DNA of 64,000 nt, from the NCBI GenBank assembly GCA_937863565.1, contig CALMGJ010000030.1, positions 1 through 64,000 of the forward strand, written 5' to 3'. Within the stretch, counting starts at the first letter, position 1. The number at the start of each line of letters is the position of its first letter. Below the pieces are notes generated by a model. That model was not told where the DNA came from, did not search any database, and worked only from the letters and a program-made list of their open reading frames with translations. This document shows, in pieces, positions 56,825 to 64,000 of this stretch. Source of the stretch: an uncultured bacterium (GTDB taxonomy: Bacteria; AUK180). Made by a program: the position numbers and the translations under genes.

Positions 56825-58420
56825 TTGAAGAAGATAATTTTCTACGACATGGAAGGGAACCTCAACGAGTGTAAAATAGATAAGGACCTTATCACGCTCG
56901 GGAGGAAGGAGGATAATGATATCATTCTGAAAGATATGTTCGCCTCCAGGTATCATTGCCAGATATTCAAAGATGTTGGAAAGTACTTCATCATGGATAA
57001 AGGCAGTAAGTACGGCACTCAGGTGAACGGTGCCAAGATAGATAAGGTAGAGCTTAAAAATGGTGACGAGATCAAGATAGGCAATACGGTCTTCCATTTC
57101 ATGGACGATACCGAGAAACTCGATAAACGAAGGATCAAAGCAGTAACGGAGATGGAGTTTGACACGCTTGGCCAGCTGGAACTTATGATCTCTTCATACG
57201 ATGACAGTAAGGACGCTAATATAGATCAGCTGAAAGACCTTCTCAATAAGATCAAATTCAAACAGCTCGATTACCAGAAAAAATTGAAGAATTATGAGAT
57301 CATGTACCGTGTCGGAATGATGATCAATTCGATCTTTGATTTCAGTCTTCTTATCAAAATGATACTGAACCTGGCAGTAGAGGTGATAGAGGGCGAACGC
57401 GGGTATATAATGCTCAAGAACTATGAAAATAAGGAATACAAGATCATCTTCCACAAGAATATTAGAAATCCGGAGCAATTCATGTCCCGCTCCATGATAA
57501 AAAAGATCGAGGATTCACGGGAACCGGTGATCATTAACCGTGCCGATCTCACCGACAAAGAATTCACCCAGAGCGCTCTTGTAAGCAATATCAGTTCCGC
57601 CATCCTTTCCCCTCTTTTGAATAAAAGCATGGAGTTCATCGGAGCGATCTATATAGACAGGGAGATGAAAGTACTTCCGTTCACAGAGAATGAAAAGGAC
57701 CTCATCAAGATATTCTCTTCATATGTCGGGATCTCCATAGATAATTCGCAAATGTTCCAGAAGATACAGGTGGAGGAAAAGATCAAGAACAATCTAAAAA
57801 GATATCTTTCCTCATCTGTTGCCGATGCGGTCAGCAAGATGCCCGAACTCACTTTGGGCGGAAGCGAGAAGATCATATCGATCATGTTCATCGATATAAG
57901 GAATTTCACGCCACTTTCGGAGAAACTTTCTCCAACCGAGGTAGTGGGTCTTCTCAACAGGTTCTTCTCGTTTGCCAGCGAATACATTTTCAAGTATAAA
58001 GGCACGCTGGATAAATTCATAGGCGACTGTATCATGACGATCTTCGGGGCTCCGATTGATGACGAGGAACATGCCGATAATGCCGTAAGGACGGCTATAG
58101 AGATCAGAGACCATTTCCTTAAGAAATTTAAAAAAGAAGTAATGAAAGAGGTCGGAGTGGAACTGGATATAGGCATCGGTATAAATTCCGGTCCGGCCGT
58201 CGTCGGCAATATAGGCACAGACCAGAGAATGGATTTTACGGCGATCTCCGATGCGGTCAATACCGCCGAAAGGCTTGAAAGCCAATCCAGGAATGCCTCG
58301 GTTTATATTTCCGAAGCTACGAAGAACCGTCTCAAGGATAAATATAAGATCATAGAGAAGGACCCGATGAAACTCAAGGGTAAAGCGGAACCTGTTAAGG
58401 TCTTCGAGGTGATAAGTTAA
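56825..58420 (+). CDS. FHA - GAF - class III adenylate cyclase
   Basis: LGR..NDI..SRYH..S.YGT.VNG (FHA); GAF; FIDIRNFT, DKFIGD (ATP-selecting Lys), DFTAISDAVNTAERL. Confidence 0.92.
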   Translation: MKKIIFYDMEGNLNECKIDKDLITLGRKEDNDIILKDMFASRYHCQIFKDVGKYFIMDKGSKYGTQVNGAKIDKVELKNGDEIKIGNTVFHFMDDTEKLDKRRIKAVTEMEFDTLGQLELMISSYDDSKDANIDQLKDLLNKIKFKQLDYQKKLKNYEIMYRVGMMINSIFDFSLLIKMILNLAVEVIEGERGYIMLKNYENKEYKIIFHKNIRNPEQFMSRSMIKKIEDSREPVIINRADLTDKEFTQSALVSNISSAILSPLLNKSMEFIGAIYIDREMKVLPFTENEKDLIKIFSSYVGISIDNSQMFQKIQVEEKIKNNLKRYLSSSVADAVSKMPELTLGGSEKIISIMFIDIRNFTPLSEKLSPTEVVGLLNRFFSFASEYIFKYKGTLDKFIGDCIMTIFGAPIDDEEHADNAVRTAIEIRDHFLKKFKKEVMKEVGVELDIGIGINSGPAVVGNIGTDQRMDFTAISDAVNTAERLESQSRNASVYISEATKNRLKDKYKIIEKDPMKLKGKAEPVKVFEVIS

Positions 58421-59334
58421 TGGGCGGATTGCTCGTTTTCGGCAGTGAGGGCTTTGTCGGAAGAACGTTCCAGTCCATTCAGGGAGCAAAGGACCTTTTC
58501 CTTTCTGACATATCCGCTGCTTCAAAAAAGAACTACATGAAGTGCGATGTTAGGATTAGGACCGAAGTGGATGCCGTTCTTAAAACCGTTCAGCCCTCAT
58601 TGATCCTTTATCTGACCGCTCAGAGTTCGGTAAAAAGATCGTTCGATGATCCCTGTATGACCTTTGATATCAATATCAAAGGACTTCTGAATATTCTGGA
58701 GTCCGTGAAAGCTATGGGGATAAAACCGTATTTCGTGTATGTTTCAACTATCGAGGTCTATAGAAAGTCGAATGATAAGATTACGGAAAAAACACAATAC
58801 GCCCCGGAAAATCCGTACGCGATATCGAAAGATGCCGGCGAAAAGATCGTTAATCTCTACAAGAAGACCGGAATTATAGACGGCATAATCGTTCAGCCAG
58901 TTTCGCATATCGGTCCGGGGCAAACGAAGGATTTTTCGATCTCAAGTTTCGCATATCAGGTAGCCTCTGCCGAAAAAAACGGAGGGGATACCGTGCTTGT
59001 CGGAAATCTCGACGTGACAAGGGATATCCTCGATGTCAGGGATGTGATCTCTTTTTACGCGAAACTCCTGCAGCAGAGACCTCTGGACCTTGAAAAAATG
59101 ATCGTCTCCTCAGGGAACGGATATCGTTATCAGGAGATACTGGAAATGCTGATCGGAATTTCGAACAAAAAGGACCTCTTGATCAGAACGGACCCTTCCC
59201 GCCTGCGGCCGGTCGATAACAATTATCTTGTTGCCAGCCCTTCTTATGCGATATCGAAACTGGGCTGGAACAGGGAGATCGGGATCGAAAAAACGCTCGG
59301 GGACATGCTGGAATACTGGAGAGACAATATTTGA
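58420..59334 (+). CDS. Extended SDR nucleotide-sugar enzyme (Rmd/GDP-mannose dehydratase-like)
   Basis: GSEGFVG, AQSSV..SF, PYAISK, HIGPGQ, GNLDVTRDILDVRD, RLRPVD. Confidence 0.85.
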   Translation: MGGLLVFGSEGFVGRTFQSIQGAKDLFLSDISAASKKNYMKCDVRIRTEVDAVLKTVQPSLILYLTAQSSVKRSFDDPCMTFDINIKGLLNILESVKAMGIKPYFVYVSTIEVYRKSNDKITEKTQYAPENPYAISKDAGEKIVNLYKKTGIIDGIIVQPVSHIGPGQTKDFSISSFAYQVASAEKNGGDTVLVGNLDVTRDILDVRDVISFYAKLLQQRPLDLEKMIVSSGNGYRYQEILEMLIGISNKKDLLIRTDPSRLRPVDNNYLVASPSYAISKLGWNREIGIEKTLGDMLEYWRDNI

Positions 59335-60386
59335 AGCGGATAGCCGTTATCGTAGGAACGCGGCCTGATGCCTTAAAACTGATACCACTCATACGCCGGT
59401 TCTCCGAAGAGAGGATCCGCCACAGCGTCATTGCTGCCGGCCAGCATACGGATCTTCTTCTCAAAGTGCTCAGGGAATACAACATCAGACCGGATCACAG
59501 CATAAGCGTGAGAAGGAACGATATAACGGAATTCGCGGGCAAATATATGCTAAAGCTCCGCGAGGTCATCTCCAACGGGGCTTTCAGCGGCATGATCGTG
59601 CAGGGGGACACAACTACGGCAGCGGTTTCTGCCCTTGCAGCATATTACAACGGGATCCGTGTTTTCCATGTGGAAGCCGGCCTGAGAACGGGGGATGTGC
59701 GAAATCCTTTTCCCGAAGAGGGCAACAGGCGAATGATCTCGGAGATTGCCGAGCTTCATTTCGCGCCATCGGATCATGCGGCCCGTAATCTTACCGCCGA
59801 GGGTTTCAAGAAAGGATCGATCTTCGTTACGGGAAATACCATCATAGACCTGGTCAAAGATATAAGCCGGGGCATACAGGAAGAACAACGCTATGTCCTG
59901 ATCACGCTTCACCGGAGGGAAAGCTGGGGGAGAACGATCGAGAACATATGCCTCGTGCTGGCATCGCTGTCCGCAGTGCATACAGGCTTGGAGTTCATCT
60001 TTCCCTGCCATCCGAACCCCGTCGTTCTTAAAAGCGCAAGGAAAATGCTTTTAGGCGCAAGGGTGAAGATCATCGAACCGCTGGGATACAGGGATTTTAT
60101 AAGCTTTTTACGCCGCTCCTGTGTTGTGATGACGGATTCCGGCGGTGTTGCCGAAGAGGCATCATTTCTCGGAAAACCGCTTTTGATCCTGAGAGAAAAA
60201 ACAGAAAGGCCGGAAGTCGTCGCAAGCGGGAATGCGGTTCTTGCCGGGACAATACCGTCAAGAATAAAAAAAGCGTTCGATTTCGCAGTGTCCGGAAGGA
60301 TGCGTGTCCGTCCGTTCTACGGCTACGGAAAGGGGCATGCAGCGGAGAAGATCGCGTCGATCCTGAAAAATAAAGGCTATGTTTGA
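59331..60386 (+). CDS. wecB: UDP-N-acetylglucosamine 2-epimerase (non-hydrolysing)
   Basis: GTRPDALK, GQH, QGDTTT, HVEAGLR, PFPEE, TLHRRE, TDSGG..EE, TERPE. Confidence 0.94.
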   Translation: MKRIAVIVGTRPDALKLIPLIRRFSEERIRHSVIAAGQHTDLLLKVLREYNIRPDHSISVRRNDITEFAGKYMLKLREVISNGAFSGMIVQGDTTTAAVSALAAYYNGIRVFHVEAGLRTGDVRNPFPEEGNRRMISEIAELHFAPSDHAARNLTAEGFKKGSIFVTGNTIIDLVKDISRGIQEEQRYVLITLHRRESWGRTIENICLVLASLSAVHTGLEFIFPCHPNPVVLKSARKMLLGARVKIIEPLGYRDFISFLRRSCVVMTDSGGVAEEASFLGKPLLILREKTERPEVVASGNAVLAGTIPSRIKKAFDFAVSGRMRVRPFYGYGKGHAAEKIASILKNKGYV

Positions 60387-61605
60387 TAAAATAAAAGATG
60401 AGATAAAGGACTATTTCTCTCATCTGGGATTATTCTCGAAGAACATCCGTCTTTTTCTCTGGGGTTCATTCTTCCTCGGCATTTCACAATCGGTATTCTT
60501 TCTTATCTATAACCTTTTCCTTAAGGACATAGGATACACCGAAAGTTTCATCGGGCATACTCTTTCTGTATCCTCGCTGGGGACGGTGCTTTTCTCGCTC
60601 CCTCTTGCATACGTGATGCCGCGTATCAAATTAAAAAGGATCATTGTCTTCCTTCCTGTTCTTTTGTGTATCTTCACTCTGTGGCAGACCTTTTTAACAG
60701 ACGAAGTGTCGATCATGATCTCCTCGTTTTTTAAAGGGATCATTTATACCGTGCTGGGGATCATTTCCGCTCCTTTTTTCATGCGCAATTCCACGGAAAA
60801 GGAGAGATCACATATCTTTTCTCTCTCCTTCGCTCTCGGCCTGGCATCAGGTTTCATCGGAAATTTTCTGAGCGGGATCATTTTTAAATATTCGGGGAAA
60901 TTAATGACCGATCCCGTATTCCAGAACAGGTCCGCGCTAGTCTTCTCGGCGCTTTCCGGCCTTTTTGCAATATTCTACTTCTTAAAACTCGATGTCAAGA
61001 ACATAGAAAGATCGGAAGGCCAGAAGATCGTGATCGCCGACTTTCCTCTGAAATTCATTTTCAGAGTATCTTTCCCTCAATTCGTGATCGGCCTCGGAGC
61101 CGGCCTTGTGATACCTTTTGTCAATCTGTTCCTCAAGAACGATTGGGACCTGAGTACGGACAGGATAAGCGTGATCTTCGCTATATCGCAGCTTTTCATG
61201 TTCTTTGGTATCGTGGTCGCTCCCGTGTGCAAGAAATACTTCGGAATGATGCGCACGGTGGTCGTGACGCAGCTTCTGTCGATGCCTTTCATGTATTTTC
61301 TCGGATTCTCAAAGGTGTTCCCGCTCGTGGAGTTCTCCTTTTATATAAGGGCCGCTCTCATGAACATGGCCGCACCTCTCATCACGAATTTTATGCTGGA
61401 AAAAGTGGATGAGGCTCATCAGTATTCAGCCAATGCCGTTGCCACGATAGCCTGGACCGGAGCATGGGTCTTCTCGGCCTATCTCGGAGGCACGATCATA
61501 GAGAAATACGGGTTCAAGACCGTTTTTACGATAGCGATAATCCTCTACTTCGTTTCCTCCGCGATGTATTATTTTTTCTTCATTAAAAAGAGGGACGATG
61601 GTTGA
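60379..61605 (+). CDS. MFS transporter
   Basis: About 12 hydrophobic segments; GLGAGLVIPF.NLF, RAALMNMA.P. Confidence 0.88.
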   Translation: MFDKIKDEIKDYFSHLGLFSKNIRLFLWGSFFLGISQSVFFLIYNLFLKDIGYTESFIGHTLSVSSLGTVLFSLPLAYVMPRIKLKRIIVFLPVLLCIFTLWQTFLTDEVSIMISSFFKGIIYTVLGIISAPFFMRNSTEKERSHIFSLSFALGLASGFIGNFLSGIIFKYSGKLMTDPVFQNRSALVFSALSGLFAIFYFLKLDVKNIERSEGQKIVIADFPLKFIFRVSFPQFVIGLGAGLVIPFVNLFLKNDWDLSTDRISVIFAISQLFMFFGIVVAPVCKKYFGMMRTVVVTQLLSMPFMYFLGFSKVFPLVEFSFYIRAALMNMAAPLITNFMLEKVDEAHQYSANAVATIAWTGAWVFSAYLGGTIIEKYGFKTVFTIAIILYFVSSAMYYFFFIKKRDDG

Positions 61606-61630
61606 CATTGTTGACAAAAAATGATAGAAT
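61602..61630 (+). promoter_or_regulatory. sigma70 promoter with -35 inside the left IR, probably leaderless
   Basis: TTGACA(61602)-17 nt-TAGAAT(61625); ATG 6 nt later. Confidence 0.75.
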
Positions 61631-61636
61631 GAATTC

Positions 61637-62500
61637 ATGACAAGAAGAGCGAGGATCGAGGAAAGGAATTATTTTTATCATGTAATATGCCGCGGTCAAA
61701 GGAAGAACCCTCTTTTTTTCTCGGCTGCCGATATGAAGAGCTATTTTAAATTCTTCAATAAGTATGCACAGGAGCACGATTTTGAATTGTATGCATACTG
61801 CTTGATGAGAAATCACGTTCATTTGTTGATCCGGCGGCGGGAGATGTCTTTAGATCTCTTCATGAGAAGATTGAATACGGCATATGCACTATATTTCAAC
61901 GGGAAATATGATTTAACCGGCCATGTGTTTCAGGGCAGGTACCGTTCCTTGATCGTCTATGACGATAATTATCTTCGACACCTGATAAAATATATGCATA
62001 TGAACCCGGTGAGCGCGGGTATCTGTAAAAACCCAGGCAAATACGGGTATTCGAGCGCATCGTTCTATGAAGGGAACGAAGATAATAATGTTCAGAAGAT
62101 GTATAAGATAAGCGTTTTTAGAGTTAAAACGGTATATATGAAGTTCTTAAATTCGGAAGAAATAACCTTTCCCGTGTATAAGGAAACCGTTGGAGACAAA
62201 AAAAGATATCTGGAGAATCAAAAACGCAAGAAAGGCAGGGAGGGTGGAACTTATAAAGAAAGGCGCGACATCGTGTCGCGTAAGCAATCGATATTGAATG
62301 AAACAAGGAAATTTCTGGATCATTACAAAATTACGCTGAACTATTTCAAAGCCAATCTTAAAAGTTCAGAAATGAAGATGGTGAAAATGAACTTGATCGA
62401 TCACTTATTGAAATGCGGACACTATCGAGCAGGCATTGCCTGCGCTCTTGGGTGCTCAAGATCCTGGATAAGCAAAATTTACCAAAGAAAAAAGAAATAA
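61637..62500 (+). CDS. REP-associated-type tyrosine (HUH/Y1) transposase with C-terminal HTH
   Basis: FYHVICRG, YCLMRNHVHLL (HUH), GHVFQGRY, YMHMNPV (catalytic Tyr), YSS; RAGIACALGCSRSWIS HTH. Confidence 0.92.
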   Translation: MTRRARIEERNYFYHVICRGQRKNPLFFSAADMKSYFKFFNKYAQEHDFELYAYCLMRNHVHLLIRRREMSLDLFMRRLNTAYALYFNGKYDLTGHVFQGRYRSLIVYDDNYLRHLIKYMHMNPVSAGICKNPGKYGYSSASFYEGNEDNNVQKMYKISVFRVKTVYMKFLNSEEITFPVYKETVGDKKRYLENQKRKKGREGGTYKERRDIVSRKQSILNETRKFLDHYKITLNYFKANLKSSEMKMVKMNLIDHLLKCGHYRAGIACALGCSRSWISKIYQRKKK

Positions 62501-62541
62501 GGCCGTAATTTGTCAACAATGTCAACCAACGTCCCTGAAAA

Positions 62542-62887
62542 TGGTGGAGGCGGCGGGAATCGAACCCGCGTCCAAAGAAGAGCACAATACGATGTCTACA
62601 TGTTTGTCCCGTCTACGGTTTTCCCCGGCCTTTACCGACGGTCAGGTGGTCCGGGATATCCCTTCGTTGATCTCGCGCCGGAATGCAGAAGGAAAATGCT
62701 TCCGCCGCCAGCCGCTTGAGTATGAAGGGCTTTCGGAATAAACGGCAACCTCCTGAGCCCTTCCGCATTTATAAATTATGCGGCGTAAGCGTAATTATCA
62801 GCGCTTAAAAGTTTTAACCCGTCGCAGTGGAATCATACTGACATGCAACCGTACCTGCTGCTACCCTGTCGAAACCGGTTCGCCCCC
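62542..62887 (-). ncRNA. ssrA: tmRNA; tag peptide (A)ADNYAYAA* at 62802-62776
   Basis: 5' GGGGGCGAACCGGTTTCGAC; 3' GCGGGTTCGATTCCCGCCGCCTCCACCA; G3.U pair; tag ending AA-stop; adjacent to smpB. Confidence 0.96.
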
Positions 62888-62888
62888 A

Positions 62889-63344
62889 TTATCTTCTGTT
62901 CTTGTTGAGACGCGCGAGTTCGCGGTTAAGTTCTCTTTCGCGGATCTCATGTCTTCTGTCCCTTTGGGTCTTTCCGGTGACCAGCGCGATCTCGATCTTG
63001 GCGAACTGCTTTTTGAAGTAAACGGATACGGGAATGATGGTAAAACCTTTTTCCTCGACCTTCCTTCTCAAGCGGATCAGTTCGCGTTTATCCAGAAGAA
63101 GTTTCCTCGGCCTTTCGGGTTCGAGTTTCACGAAATCAGAACTTCTGTAATTGTCGATGCGCATGTTCACGATAAACAGCTCTGAGCCTGTAAAAGAGCA
63201 GTATGAACCCCTGAGAGATACCTTTTTATCCCGCAGGGACTTCACTTCCGACCCGGCAAGCACTATGCCCGCTTCGAATCTTTCGATTATCGTATAATTG
63301 AAAAGATCCTTGTTCTTGCAAACAATTACATTGCCGTCGTTCAT
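62889..63344 (-). CDS. smpB: SsrA-binding protein
   Basis: FEAGIVLAGSEVKSLR, RPRKLLL.KRE, GFTIIP, GK..RDRR..IRERE. Confidence 0.96.
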   Translation of the reverse strand: MNDGNVIVCKNKDLFNYTIIERFEAGIVLAGSEVKSLRDKKVSLRGSYCSFTGSELFIVNMRIDNYRSSDFVKLEPERPRKLLLDKRELIRLRRKVEEKGFTIIPVSVYFKKQFAKIEIALVTGKTQRDRRHEIRERELNRELARLNKNRR

Positions 63345-63358
63345 ATTTTCTCTTAGAG

Positions 63359-63387
63359 AGTATAACAGAAAACGCTATAAATATCAA
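63359..63387 (-). promoter_or_regulatory. sigma70 promoter for smpB-ssrA
   Basis: Minus strand TTGATA-17 nt-TATACT with TG extension. Confidence 0.7.
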
Positions 63388-63429
63388 TGTTTTCCGCTCG
63401 ACACCGCGCCTGCGGCGCCAAATTCACTA

Positions 63430-63458
63430 TTGAATTATTGATTAAATAATGGTATAAT
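63430..63458 (+). promoter_or_regulatory. sigma70 promoter, probably leaderless
   Basis: TTGAAT(63430)-17 nt-TATAAT(63453) with TG extension; ATG at 63465. Confidence 0.72.
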
Positions 63459-63464
63459 AAAAAA

Positions 63465-64000
63465 ATGAAAAAAATGCTATTCCTTTTTTTCACTTTCCTT
63501 TTTTCCGTTATCCGCGCGGATTTTACCGTCCAGGTCGGCTCCCTGAACAGCGAAAATGCGGCAAAAAGGCACATTTCTACGCTTAAATCCAAGATAGATA
63601 CGGCCAAATGCTATGTTCTGAGGTCGGAATTGAAGGACGGACGTATCGTGTTCCGCGTCCGGTTCGGCCGGTTCAGGGATATGGCTTCTGCCGAGAAATA
63701 CAAGAGCTCATTCATTGATAAAGGCGTTGATTCCGTTGTTTCCCGATACGAAGATCCCGGCTACGAGATATCTTACACGGATGACGCCGGCCCGGCCCCT
63801 CTCCCAGATAATACCGAAGAAACTAAAATAATCGCGATAAAGGATACACCTGCCGGAATAATCAAGATCGATGCACCCGATGACACGAAGACCAAGATGA
63901 TCGAAGATAAAACCTTCGAATACAGACTCGGTATCATCAACAGGAAATGGCTCATTGCCGTCCAGCAGGAAAAAGAAAAAGAGATAATCGAGGAGCTTAT
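63465..64000 (+). CDS. Exported SPOR-domain protein, runs off the window (absent from the ORF track)
   Basis: Manual translation MKKMLFLFFTFLFSVIRADFTVQVGSLNSENAA...FRVRFGRFRDMASAEKY; open to the window end. Confidence 0.8.
   Translation, partial: MKKMLFLFFTFLFSVIRADFTVQVGSLNSENAAKRHISTLKSKIDTAKCYVLRSELKDGRIVFRVRFGRFRDMASAEKYKSSFIDKGVDSVVSRYEDPGYEISYTDDAGPAPLPDNTEETKIIAIKDTPAGIIKIDAPDDTKTKMIEDKTFEYRLGIINRKWLIAVQQEKEKEIIEEL

Larger units (their letters stand above)
61591..62536 (+). mobile_element. RAYT/Y1-transposase element delimited by 28-bp inverted repeats
   Basis: Left AGGGACGATGGTTGACATTGTTGACAAA (61591-61618); right TTTGTCAACAATGTCAACCAACGTCCCT (62509-62536); 27/28 complementary. Confidence 0.8.

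Noticed and set aside
62358..63185. Short ORFs over ssrA and antisense to smpB
   Set aside because: Explained by tmRNA and smpB.

Overview
Core chromosomal region of a diderm bacterium, standard genetic code, about 50 tightly packed CDS. The gene content suggests an under-studied lineage (inference): T9SS-like cargo tails, a PorV-like barrel and myxobacterial-type Ser/Thr kinases. Layout: (1) 1-8197 (+): secreted delta-60-repeat protein, PorV-like/CsgG fusion, HPr-kinase-like protein plus nucleotidyltransferase, mtnA, yggS and an RDD protein, with two heptamer-repeat tracts. (2) 8392-24858 (+): TPR/Roadblock protein, Xaa-Pro peptidase, efp, accB, a divergent DnaB paralog, accC, an MshEN-SPOR protein, clostripain, panD, ptb-like, tRNA-Pro, nlpD-like, an RpoS-like sigma factor fused in frame to apt, and tRNA-Arg. 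(3) 24866-44447 (-): gcvT-H-PA-PB, lipoprotein, barrel-OmpA protein, PP2C, two Ser/Thr kinases bracketing a glycan-precursor module, xerC and an LD-carboxypeptidase. (4) 44689-62500 (+): pseudokinase/kinase pair, miaB, mutS, corA, 5'-nucleotidase, FHA-GAF-adenylate cyclase, rmd-like, wecB, MFS, and a RAYT-type HUH transposase bounded by 28-bp inverted repeats. (5) ssrA-smpB (-) and a partial SPOR gene. No CRISPR array, rRNA or prophage was seen. Most notable: the sigma-APRT fusion with an internal promoter, the DnaB paralog inside accBC, the IR-bounded RAYT at ssrA, the heptamer elements, apparent leaderless promoters, and a polarity/envelope signalling protein set. All calls come from reading motifs by eye; no database search was run.
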